Shown: positions 1 to 13,293, numbered from the stretch's first letter. The stretch is 64,000 nucleotides of DNA from Octopus vulgaris (GCA_951406725.2 OX597819.1:132618001-132682000); one strand, 5' to 3'. The notes: generated from the letters alone by a model not told the origin. A program made the numbers and translations.

Positions 1-105
1 TGAAACTTGTCCTGTTTTCAATCCGTTCCTCCCGTTCTTTGCGTATTCAACTCATTTGTTCTTGTATTTCATGTTGTTTACTGTTTTCGTCGTCCTTTAC
101 CCATA
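1..105 (+). mobile_element. 3' end of a short T-rich repeat (probable Penelope pseudo-LTR fragment), same family as 815-1190
   Basis: gtatttcatgttgttta...cgtcctttacccatatatgc resembles the reverse complement of 820-870; runs into (TA)n. Confidence 0.4.
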
Positions 106-140
106 TATGCATATATGCATATATATATATATATATATAT

Positions 141-251
141 GGCCTGCTCGCTTAGCCAGCGGGGTGGCGTCGTTTGAAGGGTAAAACAATGCGAAGCGCA
201 CTGTGACCAGCGATGTGTAGCAACATCTGATAGCCTGGTCGGTCACGTGAT

Positions 252-258
<7 letters not shown>
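141..258 (+). mobile_element. Probable 3' tail of a 5'-truncated SINE/LINE inserted in (TA)n
   Basis: GC-rich 118-bp island flanked by (TA)n on both sides; nested stems gtgacc/ggtcac, gaccag/ctggtc, gatgt/acatc; ends in tandem tcacgtga repeat. Confidence 0.45.
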
Positions 259-321
<63 letters not shown>

Positions 322-579
322 TATTTATATTATTATTTGTCTGAACGTCACGCATCCATTTCCAAGTATATATATATATTTTTAAAATTTATAAGTTTAA
401 ATTATTTAAATTTTAACTTTAATTTAAATATTTTAATTTGTAATTTTATATTTTTTATATTTATATTTTATATTTTTTTAATTAATTTTATTTCTATGTA
501 TTGGCTTATGATTTTCACTGTTTGATTTGCCTAATAGTGGTTTTATCCCTAATTTAATATAATATATATATATATATAT

Positions 580-752
580 GTAGGTCCCGGGTTGAGTCGA
601 GGTTAACCACAGTAAATAAGGTACTCAATACATAGCAGAGTAAATTAATTTATTTTATAGAAGGAGCTTCTACAGGACTAGAACTGTTTCATTCAAATGA
701 AATCATCGATGATTTCATTTGGATGAAACAGTTCTAGTCCTGTAGAATATCC

Positions 753-759
<7 letters not shown>
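580..759. mobile_element. Fold-back pseudo-LTR fragment (palindrome 656-759) between (TA)n tracts
   Basis: ~52-bp near-perfect arms centred on atcgat (705-710); each arm carries GAAACAGTTC, resembling the 3' half of a hammerhead. Confidence 0.6.
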
Positions 760-814
<55 letters not shown>

Positions 815-815
<1 letters not shown>

Positions 816-1190
816 GACGTGCATATATGAGTACAGGATGCCATCAACGGTGCAAATAACATGAAATACGTAAACGAGCGTAGGACAAACGAGTGAAATA
901 CGTAGACAACAAGTAAAAAATGGAAAACAGGTTGGGTAAACACAGAAAAAGGAACGTTCATAGTCGCCGGCTGTCTGTCTACTCCTCATTTCGAGCATTC
1001 AACGACAACAAGAGACTTCAAAGACAGTTGATCCCACAAATTCTAAAATTAAATTTAGGACTTATGGAGGGTTAAATTTGGGAACAAAAAGATGACAACG
1101 GAAACATTCAAGGAAACCGAACGAGAACAAACATGGAGAGTCGTTAGACCAGAACGGGAGGAAAATAGTGAACGCTGGGAGAAACATTTC
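815..1190 (-). mobile_element. Non-autonomous repeat, probable Penelope-like pseudo-LTR
   Basis: Shares terminal sequence with 1-105; abuts (TA)n; T-rich 3' end on the minus strand like other pLTRs in the window. Confidence 0.35.
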
Positions 1191-1203
1191 TTTTGAAAAG
1201 AGA

Positions 1204-1261
<58 letters not shown>

Positions 1262-1431
1262 GTCCGTTCTTTTAAGCACCCGCGCATGAAAAGAAAGATG
1301 GTCACGTGAGGAAAAGGAAGATGGACGATGGTCATGTGTGCGCAACAAGAGAGAGAGAGAGAAAGAGAAAGATGGGAGAGACGGTAGAAGACGGTGAAGG
1401 AGGAGGGGAAAAGGTAATTAGAGAAGGATGG

Positions 1432-1477
<46 letters not shown>

Positions 1478-3002
1478 ATGTGTGTGTAGGTGGGTGTGTT
1501 TTTCTGCGTGTGTGTGTATATGCATTTATGTATTTGTGTATGTATTTATGCATGCGTGCATGGATGCATGTGCGTGTGTGTATGATTGCATGTATGTATG
1601 CATGTGTGTATGTATGTATGTATGTATGTATGTATGTATGTATGTATGTATGTATCTATCTATCTATCTGTGTCTCTATCTGTCTGCCTGTCTGGTTGTC
1701 TGTTTCTGTCTGTTTGTCTGACTGTCTGTCTCTCTCTATCTATATGTATGTATATTCATAGTATATATGTGCAATCATGTATATAAATATGCACGTGTGT
1801 GTGAGCGTGTGTGTGAGCGTGTGTGTGAGCGTGTGTGTGCGTGTGTGTGTGAACGTGTGTAAGTATGTGTGTGTGTGTGTGTGTGTGTGACTCCTTACGT
1901 ATGTACGCTAGTGTAAGCTTGAACATATAAATGCAAACACACACACATATAATTTAGTCGTGCAATATTGCCAGTGCCGTATTGATGCAGGAATGTCTGA
2001 GTCACAGAAGTGCTCGATATCTGAAGACAGATGCATTCGATATGGATGTTCTTAAACAGTGAAATATACTGGAAACAACATGATCTATATTTACGTATAT
2101 TCTTCATTCAATGTTTTAAATCTGTTTTTTTGTGCCTGCTAACGGGGGTGGCCGGATCTACCTCAATACCATAGCAACGGACGTAGGTAGGTGCAGCCCA
2201 CCCCAACCTTTGGGATGGTGCACATTCTCCTTTGCTATCATGATGTTTTTTGGGAGCTGGATTTTCTACAGGGAGCATGTCTTTGCTTACCCCCGGATAT
2301 GAGGTGTCCCGAAACCAAGGCTTCTACCACGAGTTTAAAGAAATGTTGTGGAAAACTAGCTGAGGAAGGGCAAGGACGCTACTCCCTGCGATCCCTTTCG
2401 GAGCCTCCTACCTGTATACGAAATTAAATATTCTTCGGATGATATTTTAAAGTTTGAGGGCGTAAAGTTTCACGTGTTGCATGCGGAATCTTCAGTGGAA
2501 TGAGAGCTGACTTATAAAGATATTTATAACCAATTCATAGTTGCAGAATGGTATGTATTTCTCAAAAACACGAAGCCAAATTCAATAGAATAGGCGTCAG
2601 ATTTAAAAACAAGTTTAATATATTCATACGCACAGAGTCTGTAGGATAGATAAAAAAAATTTATCATCGGACTAACATTAAGAATGGCCGATATATTGAT
2701 ACTGAGAACTCTCCTGACATTTACATGCATATATCAATATGAATTATCTTTTTAAATATTGCAAGAGTTAATTTCATATTTAGCCTCTTCAAAACAAAGT
2801 GGAACACACTTAGAATGGTAATTCAGTTACATTTCTTCTTGCAGAGATGCTGTGACTCTGCATATATTATGATTCTTTTCGCTGGTTTCGCCTCTTTTAC
2901 TGCGATTCGTTTCTTTTACGAAAAACTTAACATTGAGCTTTTATAAATAGGGTGTGTATCAGTGCAAGACGTCTCTTTCCCCATTAGTGGGTGTGTATAC
3001 AT

Positions 3003-3067
<65 letters not shown>

Positions 3068-3182
3068 AATACACACACATACATACATAATACATAAACA
3101 TACATACACACACACAAACATGTACATACATGTTTCTCTATGTGTGTATGCGTGTATACATATATATATATATATACGCATA

Positions 3183-3279
<97 letters not shown>

Positions 3280-3416
3280 TTATAAACACACACACATACA
3301 CACTCATACCTACATACACACACACAAACATATACATACATACATGTTTCTGTATGTATTTATGTGTGTGTATGCATGTATACATATATATATATACATA
3401 CATATATATATTTGCA

Positions 3417-3452
<36 letters not shown>

Positions 3453-4444
3453 CATTTATAAACACACACACATACACACTCATACCTACATACACACACA
3501 AACATATACATACATACATACATATATATGTATATATATATATATATTTATAAACTCACACACACACAACACACACACACACATATATACATATATAGAC
3601 ACACACGCACACATACACACATAAAATAGAAATCTGTGAGATCTGAACGTCTGCAATCTAATACACATATTATTTTAATCTGCATAATACAGATTAAGTT
3701 GTTTTTATTACATTTTGATGTTAGCACAAACAGACAGATACACACACACACACACACACACATCTGAATGTGTGCATATATCTACGTGCATTTGTGGATG
3801 TATAGACACACACACACACACACATATATCAGTAGTCTGCGTTTTCATGTAGAGTCACACACATAAACGTGTTGAAACACGGAGACACACAGACGCAAGT
3901 TGTATGTTCGCCAAGAATTTGTTGAAATCTCACCTTTTAACTGGTCTGTATTTCCAGTTGTCGAAAAGGAAGTTGGTTAGTGTGCAGACAGATTCGTGAG
4001 TTCAATCCTCACAAAATCTCTAGCACAACTATGCTACGATGAGACGAATGCAAAGTAGTGCCGGTATCACAGTCTGCCTTGGTACTTTCTCTCAGTGTCG
4101 GTAGAATTTGAATCCATGGACAGGATTTGAACCCAGAGCGCATACTTTTGGAGCAGATACTGCAACGCATCTCGTCCAATGCTTTTAACAATACTCCGAG
4201 AGGAGCAACATTTGGCAGTCAATCTCTCTCTCCCTCTCTGTGTATATACGTATATATACACACATGCATACGTAGATGTATGCATGTATGTATGAGAGAG
4301 AGAGGGAGAGAGAGAGAGAGAGAGAGAGAGAAGGGGGAGATAGATAGCGACGAAGCACATGAATAGCACCAAAAGAAGGTCTTGATGCCAATAACAAGGA
4401 AGAATGTATTGACTATGTTATACGAATATGGAAACCTCAAATAC

Positions 4445-4654
4445 AGTTCTACTGGAGGCACAAGGCCTGAAATTTTGGGGTAAGGGATTAAGTCAATGAC
4501 ATCGACCACCAGTGTTTCACTGGTACTTAATTTATCGACCACGAAAGGATGAAAGGTAAATTCCTCGGCAGAATTTGAACTCAGAACGTAACGGCAGACG
4601 AAATACGGCTACGCATTTCGCCCAGCGTGCTAACATTTCTGCCAGCTCGCCACC
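4445..4654 (-). mobile_element. tRNA-derived SINE with Meta-domain-like core (family B)
   Basis: Reverse complement of 63089-63300; B-box-like gagttcaaattc followed by tttcatcctttcg..gtcgataaattaagtaccag. Confidence 0.75.
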
Positions 4655-4784
4655 GGCAAGCCACGGTTGTAAAGTGTCTTCATTAGCGAACCGTAATCAA
4701 TGCCTGTGTGTGTGTGTCACCGTTCAACTACTCATACATACATACATACATACATACATACATACATACACATATGTGTGTGTT

Positions 4785-4825
<41 letters not shown>

Positions 4826-5110
4826 TTAATAGCGTCAGAAGCAGTATTAATACGAAAAGGTAATATTGACCCTCACGTAAAAGTGGATGTTGCGTTAGAG
4901 CACAGAATACTGCATTATTTTCTTTGAGAGAATCTCTCATACGGACTTGTGCAGCATACACGCATCCGCTAGTGATATAAATGTGAGTGCTTATAAGCAC
5001 CACAAGTCCACATGAAAGGTTCTCTCATGATAACTATCGCAGTATTCTGAGTTCTAACACAACATCCATCTTTAGGTGGGGATAAATATTACTCTACATA
5101 TGAATATATA

Positions 5111-5945
5111 CAGAGTGCAGTGGATATATTGTCGTCTAAATCACGCAAAAATGAAAAGAAAACCGACATCCCATTTTAGCAGAAATATTTACCAAAATTA
5201 CATAAAAATATCTTGAAAAGTCAATGACTAAATTTATTCAATAAAATCGCCATTGGCTTCAACCACGCCCTTCCAGACGGCTTCCGAATTCACCTCCAGC
5301 TCTTCTGGACAGTCTCCTTGTTGAAGTTGGTGAATGCTGCCATAATCCTTGCTTTCAGTTCATCTTTGGTATTATAAGGAGCTATGTTGGACTCTCGCTC
5401 AATTGCACCCCATACATAATAATTATGGGGGCTGCAGTCTGGTGGGGTTAGGTGACCAGATGTTAGGGGTGATGTGGTCGCAGAAATTGTCAGACAGCCA
5501 TGACTGTGTTCTCTTGCTTGTGTGGCTTGATGCATAATCCTGTTGCCAGGCATAAGGCCTTCATGCAGCCTCCTCCCGGCATTTGATGTAGGCCTCCTTG
5601 TTAAGTCTGAGGCCGTGTGTGAAGATGAAGGGAGGCATAGCGTCGCCATCCCTAGTGATTGCTCCAAGCACCATGATGTTGATTGGATGTTTGATTTTTA
5701 TCACTCTCGGTACATGTCCTCACATTGCACTGTCCTCAGACTGACACCCAAACACGCGAATGCCAAGCTGTAAAGCAGGTCGTTTCAAAATTTCTGGCAG
5801 AGTGAATTGCATCATGGTGCTGTTTTTCCCACAGACGGTGCCCAACTAACCCTACTATACTCTGTAGTCGACAAAAAAACAAACAAACACGCGCATGCGC
5901 GAAATTAAAAATGTAAATTGGTGACAATTTGCTCATCACCCCCTG
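5111..5945 (-). mobile_element. Degenerate Tc1/mariner-superfamily DNA transposon, internally deleted
   Basis: TA-flanked imperfect termini (TA-cagagtg / cccctg-TA); minus-strand transposase C-terminus PPDCSPHNYYVWGAIE...TKDELKARI. Confidence 0.75.
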
Positions 5946-5994
5946 TATGCATATATATATATATATATATATATAAATACATACATGCATATAT

Positions 5995-6173
5995 ATGATA
6001 GATCGTTAGCCACTACACACATTTTTTCTCATCTCCTTGTTTTTTCTGTGTCCCTTTCTGTCGAAGAGCGTAGGCTCGAAACGTAAAAGACTTTTTCTAT
6101 TCTTGAGCGTTATACTAACACATCTGTTTTGTACACCACCTGTCTTCGTCGTTTGTTTTTTTCGTAAACTCCC
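5995..6173 (+). mobile_element. Solo Penelope-type pseudo-LTR (family H1) with minimal hammerhead
   Basis: Near-identical to 62355-62539; flanked by microsatellites and ends at (TA)n. Confidence 0.7.
6054..6089 (+). ncRNA. Minimal type-I hammerhead ribozyme variant
   Basis: cttt-CTGTCGA-A-gagc(gtag)gctc-GAAA-cg-TA-aaag; palindromic ACGT stem III. Confidence 0.6.
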
Positions 6174-7269
6174 TATATATATATATACATACACATACAT
6201 ATACATATGTATACACATAATACATATACATACATACGTCCCTACATATACGCATGCTTACATACCCCTATAGGATTATTATGTACATGCGTGTGTGAGA
6301 TTTAATTTGTTTGTTTGCTGAAGCTAGGATTACAAAATTAAGAAATAATATTTACCCAAAATGAAAAGTTAGTGAAATCTTTTGGGACTCCTTCATCGAT
6401 ATTGCGTCTATTGTTTTCCTGTTGATACGTTAAGTTTTGAAATATGTTACTTTTTAAAAATACTTTATGCTACTGAGATAAGGAAAAAAAAGGAACTCAG
6501 AAAGCTGCAATACATTACAATCGAACTAAATGATTATTTTAAATTCCTTGTTGTGAATCTAAGAATGGCATTTATCGTAAACCTTTTCAAATATCAATCA
6601 ATTGGAAATCCTTTTTTTTTTAAAGGAATATAATCCGCCCAGCAAAGAAATTCTAAGAATCGTGATGAAAGAAACTTTTGTTGGAAAAGCAATAGTCGTT
6701 TCGGTTTTGTTAGGGTGGAATGTTGGAGAGGTGTTAACTGTTTTTTTTTCTTCTTCTTTCGAACAACAAGCAATGACTGATTGATTTTTACTGTCTGAAT
6801 CAATAAATGGTGGAAGAATTAGCTTTTCTTATTTTGCTTTAAATGAAGGTTTGCTTCTCTGGTGAATAGCGTGTTCAACAAGAATCGTAGCTTCAGATGG
6901 CGATATATCATGATATTCTCTGTCGTTTCGTTACCGCTTATTATTCTTTAACTAAAAGACCACGTTCCTCTATTGAATAAGCTATTGATATTCGTTCAGG
7001 AAAGATAATTAACTAACGCGCCTCTTATTGGTTAAATGTGTTGTCTATGTATATCTCAGGGTATTTTTATACGAGTACAACATCAGTTGGAGCAGAAGCA
7101 GAAAACAAGAGAAGGGAATAATCTTCAATATTTTAGACTAATAACTATTGTGGTGTGTTTAGGAAATCTCAGCGTGTTTACAAGTAATGACTGACTATAT
7201 ATTTATGCCTTCACAGAAATTATACACTCTCACATACATAAGTATACTCACACACCCACGTGCAGGACA

Positions 7270-7340
<71 letters not shown>

Positions 7341-7577
7341 TACAAGCATATATCACGTATCAACGCATGCGCATGACTAATTATATATCTACGCATGATA
7401 TCAATGTGTGGTTCTTTGACTTGTTTCTCTTTCGGTGCACTCACGCTTCATGTGCACACATGCACTCATAAAAATGCACTCATAAAAATGCAGACAGTCA
7501 TTGCATATTGCGTAGGCATATTTCTTTGTCAATATTCGCGTGCGGGCGTGTATATATATACATATAAGAATCTATAG

Positions 7578-7830
7578 TGGAGGCGCATGGCTTGGTGGTT
7601 AGGGAGTTGGACTCATGATCGCAAGATTGTGGTTTCGATTCCAGGACCGGCGTATGCGTTGTTTTCTTGAGCAAAACACTCCGGTTCACGTTAGCGCAGT
7701 CCAGTCAGCTGGAAGAAATGAGTTAATTCTGCGATGGACTCGTGTCCCATCCAGGGGGAGGAACGGGGAGGTTACACCTCAGAATCCGGAAAACCAGGTC
7801 ATGAGTCTCTCTGACTCGTCAAGGAGCTTT
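7578..7830 (+). mobile_element. tRNA-derived SINE (family C)
   Basis: A-box-like tggcttggtggtta and B-box-like ggtttcgattcc; related heads at 38650 and 61217. Confidence 0.7.
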
Positions 7831-7932
7831 TTCCGTTTTATATATGAATGTGTTTATATGTTGTGATTGTGAGTGTATGTATGCGTGTGAATATACATAT
7901 GTGTGTGTATGCATGTGTGTGGTGGTGTGTGT

Positions 7933-7968
<36 letters not shown>

Positions 7969-8303
7969 GTGTAAATAACCAACGCAAAAGACCAAGAATT
8001 TTCATTCATTTCTTACCAAAAAAACCCCAAAAAACCAACTCAATCACCAATACCATTCTACCACTGGTATGTTTATGCCATTTATCCCAACACCGGACTC
8101 GTTCATTATCTCCGCAACTCTTCCACCGTTTCCATAATGGTTTCTGCTATTTCCAAGACAGCAGATTCCTTTCAGACATTAATCAATGGAAGTTCAAACT
8201 AAACAGAGGTGCCATCGATACTCTCCGCCGGTCGAGAAAAGGCGTTCATAGAAGTTGATGATCTCAACAGATTGGGATATCGACGCGGTTGATGCTTATC
8301 AGG

Positions 8304-8343
<40 letters not shown>

Positions 8344-8764
8344 CGTGCGCGCACAGACACGACGCACATACATACACAATTACACACAAACTCACAATCA
8401 CAAATACACACACACAGGTACACAATGTCACGCATATACGCAATCTCACACACGCAGTCACAAGTACTCAGTCACATACACAACCATACACAGACACACA
8501 GACACACACACACACGACATAAACAAGCAATGATTTCGTCCAATTGTCCGAAGGCGAAATCCAATGTTCGCCTCGGAGGTCAGTTTTGTCTGTCTTCCTT
8601 CCGGTTCCTTGAAGTATTGACATCAAATATTTTCCGGCTTTCTCTTCGTGGAAAACTTCCAAAACGTTTTATTGAGGCTGAGTTTCGATTCCCACTTGTA
8701 GACATTTCACTTCACATCTGTCATGACAACTACCTGTCTGTCTATCTATCTATCTATATCTATC

Positions 8765-8851
<87 letters not shown>

Positions 8852-8904
8852 GTCTGTCTGTCTGTCTATCTGTCTGACAGTCTGTCTGTCTGTCTGTCTG
8901 TCTG

Positions 8905-9230
8905 TATGCGCTTCTTTCAGTTTCCGTCTACCAAATCCACTTACAAAACTGGTCGGCCGGAGCTATAGCAGAAGACACTTGCCCAAGATGCCATGCATTG
9001 GGATTGAACCCAGAAACATGTGGTTGGAAAGTAAACTTATTACTACGCAAGCACACCTATACATATTACCTTTTATATTGTACTTGTTTCAATGATTTGA
9101 GTGCGACCATGCTGGAACAGCACATAGAAAGATTATCGAGCGAATCGACCTCAATACTTATTTTTGAAACCTGATCTCTACACTTTCCGTCTCTTCGACC
9201 GATTTTGTCAACCCGCCACCTTATCTGCGC
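8905..9230 (-). mobile_element. Degenerate family-A SINE segments (head 8905-9055, tail 9080-9230)
   Basis: Similar to the intact copies at 59451-59906 and 61629-62121. Confidence 0.7.
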
Positions 9231-9294
9231 CTATATAATATGTATACATACATACGTACATACATATATGCATGCATATATATACATACATACA

Positions 9295-9366
<72 letters not shown>

Positions 9367-9377
9367 GTATATATATA

Positions 9378-10672
9378 TTGTGTTGTCCGGAAAGTTCATG
9401 CCAATTTTTAAAGGCAAGACAAAGGTCAATAAATACTTGCCATAACATTTTTAATCAACCAAATATGAACCATTTTGTTGCACAATGCGTCTCCATCTTT
9501 CCTGTAACTTGAAAATACCCTCTTCCCAGAATTGAGGTGGTTTCATGGCAAAGAATTCATCAAGGTATCTTTTTACGTCATCCAAGGAATTGAAATTTAT
9601 ACTATTAAGACTATTCTGCAGAGACCTGAATAAGTGGAAATCCAAAGGAGCAATATCTGGTGAATATGGAGGGTGGGGTAACACATCCCAGTCGAGCTGC
9701 AGCAATTTTTGTCTGGTTCCCAAAGAAACGTGCGGTCTTGCATTATCATGTTGGAAAACAACACCCTTCCTGTTGGCCAATTCTGGACGTTTCTCTTAAA
9801 TTGCTGCTTTTAACTCATCCAGTTGTGTGCAGTATTTCTCAGAATTAATTGTCTGGTTACTTGGGATAAGATCATAGTACATAATTCCTTTCCAATCCCA
9901 CCAGACACAAAACAAGACATTTTTAGAGTGAAGACCCGCTTTTAGGGTGCCTAAGAGTGGCTTATGTCGCTTTTTCTAAACATTTCAGTCGATAATCCAT
10001 TTCTCATCACCTGTCACAATATGCTTTAAAAAAGGCGCGTTTTCATTCCGTTTATAAAGTGAATCACAGATGGAAATGCGATCCAAAAGGTTCTTCTCAC
10101 TCAACTCATGTGGTACCCAAACATCGTAGCGATTTGTGTACCCAAGCTTTACCAGGTGCTCATGAACGACGGATTTTGATAGGTTGAGGCTTTCTGCCAA
10201 TTCTCGGGTTGTGCAATGTGGGTTATTCTCAATTAATGACTTGATTTGGTCATCACTTGTAGTGGATGGTCTGCCTGATCGCTCTTTATAAAAAAGGCTA
10301 CAATCTCCAGCTCGGAACCTTGGGATTGAACCCAGAAACATGTGGTTGGAAAGTAAACTTCTGTACAGTTCTTTCGGATAAAGAGACATCACCGTAAACT
10401 GCGCATATTACTTTGGTTGCTTGTGAGGCATTTTCTCTTTATGGAATAGAAAAGCATCAAGTGCTGAAAATGAACTTTCTTATCTTCCATTTTAAAGGGT
10501 TACAGAATTAACACAGGTTATAGGAACATAAACCTTCTTCCACGAAAAGATAGCTTAAACTGTGCTCTAAATGGAGGTGTAGTCAAATCACATTTTATGG
10601 ACTCAACCATGTTCTAAAATAAGTCGAAAGGAAAGCTACTATAAATCGGCACGAACTTTCCGGACAACCCAA
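9378..10672 (-). mobile_element. Full-length (~1.3 kb) mariner DNA transposon inserted at TA within (TA)n
   Basis: ~30-bp TIRs ttgtgttgtccggaaagttcatgccaattt / aaatcggcacgaactttccggacaacccaa; TA flanks. Confidence 0.95.
9451..10490 (-). pseudogene. Mariner DD34D transposase, disrupted by frameshifts/stops and a 41-bp insertion
   Basis: Motifs [39 protein letters not shown] split across several ORFs; ATG at 10490 (MEDKKVHF). Confidence 0.92.
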
Positions 10673-11825
10673 TATATATGTATATGAGAACTTTAGCATA
10701 GGTAAGAAATGTGCCAAAGAATCACTGAATAAAAGTAGATCCTGGCCGTCTTCATGTAAAATGAGTGAAGAACATGTTAGAACTTTTGCTGTCCGTTGTA
10801 AAGTTGCTACACAATATTTCCGACATGATGTGCAAACACAAATAGTAAACAAGATATTTCTAACTAGAAAACAAAAAAACAAAACCAGATCAATAAAATA
10901 TAAACATGATTTAGATTGATCTTGTTATTTCTTCTAAATTTAAATTATCTTTCATGATATAAAATCCAATAAAATTGTGTCTGCAGGTGAAGAAAGCAGA
11001 ATCCCAATGATGCCAGGTATTCCTAATATTTTCTCAGGCAAATAAATTTATAGATTTCAGTGGCTCTCGTCTGATTGTTAAATATAGACCATACTTCAAC
11101 GATCGGTAAACATTTAATCAATTTGCTTGGGCCTGTTGGGGTTTAGAATTATTCAAACACATATGCATGTACAGATATATATGTACACACACATACATGC
11201 GCACACACACACACACACACATATAAATATACATAGACACTATTTATACATATGCATACATATATATATATGCGCGCCCGCCCGTGTGTGTGTGTGTGTG
11301 TGTAAAGCATAAAAAAATCAGAAGGTACGAGATGTGAATGTATATATTTAACCACATGTTATCCTGAGGGTTACGCTCGTTTCGCAACCTCCTTCATCTA
11401 ATAATAATTTCAGTTTAGAATAAATTATGCTTACATGTCTGCATTGATAAGTAATTCTACATTCACAAATCGATGCAGATAAAGAAAGCCAGCTCGTCAG
11501 ACCAGAAAATCAATCATTGGTTTATCTATCCGTCTGTCTGTCTATCTGTCTGTCTGTCTGCCTGCCTGCCTGCCTGCCTGTCTGTCTGTCCGTCTGTCTG
11601 TCCGTCTGTCTGTCCGTCTGTCTGTCTGTCTGTCCGTCTGTCTGTCCGTCTGTCTGTCCGTCTGTCTGTCTATCTATCTATCTATCAAAATAAGGAACAA
11701 AGATATCGAAGTAATGCGTTACCTCTGGATATCCTTGTTGCTTATTTTGATTTTAATCAGCTTATTTTGAAATTGTATGGATAATACAATTCTGGTGCCT
11801 CAGCTTAAGTACCATATTCATCTGA

Positions 11826-11913
<88 letters not shown>

Positions 11914-11918
11914 GTCTG

Positions 11919-12026
<108 letters not shown>

Positions 12027-12082
12027 GCTAGCTAGCTAGCTAGCTAGCTAGTTAGCTAGCTAGTTAGCTATCTGTCTATCTA

Positions 12083-13244
12083 CAGAGTGTCGCACGGAAC
12101 AATTATTAAGACACATTGAAAGATTCTAAAAGACTTGTTTATCAAAATACATTTCCATTTCAAAATTTAATAAATTCTCTCGGCAGAATTTAATTATTCT
12201 GCTGTGATTATTCCGACCCAGTTTTCTGTTCGAGCTTTGGAATCGCAGACACCAAGAACCATTTCGTTCGGTTTAAGTGATCATTCTCGTTCAACAGCTT
12301 CCCGTTGTCCGCCAGTTGTTGACTGTTTTGTACAATAAATTTTATGGTTTATGTATCTCCATAAAAACTGTAATGTTGTGAGGACTAGTAAATGCGCAGA
12401 GCATTCTACTGACCCTCTTCTTGCAATCTTTATGCTTACCAAAATCTCATTAAGTAGGCCCTTACTATGTTAGTGTGAGTGTGTCCCGACTTGCTGAAAA
12501 GAAATCTCTACCTCTTCAAAGTTCCCTTGACTACTTGGCATGGAAGACAGTTGCAGCAAGTACAAATGAACGGCACCAGTCGCAGGACCGTCGAAGCAGA
12601 ATGTTCGAGTTAATCCCTTTCATGATAAGCCGCATCATAGTGTTACACCTGGTGAATTAACACGATGTTTCTCCGTAATATGCAGATTAATTAATTAATT
12701 CAGTGCAATTTGTGTGATGTTGTTTGAACGTAGCCTAATCATTCCAAACAATGTTTGTTGGAAAGTGTGCATCTTCTACACATCTTATCAAGTACCAACC
12801 GCAAAGCTCCTCTCAACCGTTCGGATTCTCTTCATTGAGAGCATGGACTATTCTCCGAAAGTATCATTTGCGATGGACGCCCGATTTTGATATTCCTATT
12901 CCACGACTCGCTTGCTACAGAGATTTTCTTGAACTCTGGCAATACGTTTCTCTTATCATTTCTTCGTTTGTGGTCTTCTGAAACCTTTCTTGTGGACATT
13001 CTGAACAGTTCCATCTACTTCGGGTGAGAGAAAGCCACATAAAATGGATGTGTTTAAAACTACCCCCTAAACACTCTTTCACTTTCACTGCATTGACACT
13101 CTTCTCGCAACACTTTAACTTAAATTTCCTTTAAAACTTAGCTCAGCTCCCAATATTTCTAATGAGTTAAATCGAAAAGGAAATCAGAGTCAAATGAGTT
13201 AGCAGCGGTTAAAAAAGCACATTCATTTCTTTTTTGATGGACTG
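12083..13244 (-). mobile_element. Old Tc1/mariner-type transposon relic, same family as 47215-48074
   Basis: TA-cagagtgtc / ggactg-TA ends; minus-strand EVDGTVQNVHKK...GISKSGVHR...IVWND*ATFK; the first two blocks match the 47527-47985 ORF. Confidence 0.65.
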
Positions 13245-13246
13245 TA

Positions 13247-13289
<43 letters not shown>

Positions 13290-13293
<4 letters not shown>

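Noticed and set aside
960-1030. Possible hammerhead on the minus strand (ctgtct...gctcGAAAtgaggagtagacag)
   Set aside because: No acceptable CUGANGA box or stem II/III arrangement could be assigned
2130-2425. GC-richer island with ggatat/gtgtcc-cGAAAccaagg
   Set aside because: Lacks a CUGANGA box; probably an unclassified retroposon fragment
7578-7650. tRNA-like sequences at SINE heads (also 38650, 48253, 59451, 61217)
   Set aside because: A/B boxes present but no complete cloverleaf; they continue into SINE bodies, so they are not tRNA genes
8040-8720. Non-repetitive segments that might be exons on the minus strand
   Set aside because: Short frames with stops, no clear splice pairs and no recognisable protein
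10987-11016. 30-nt micro-exon candidate cag|GTGAAG...CCAG|gtattc
   Set aside because: Weak polypyrimidine tract and no supporting neighbouring exons or homology
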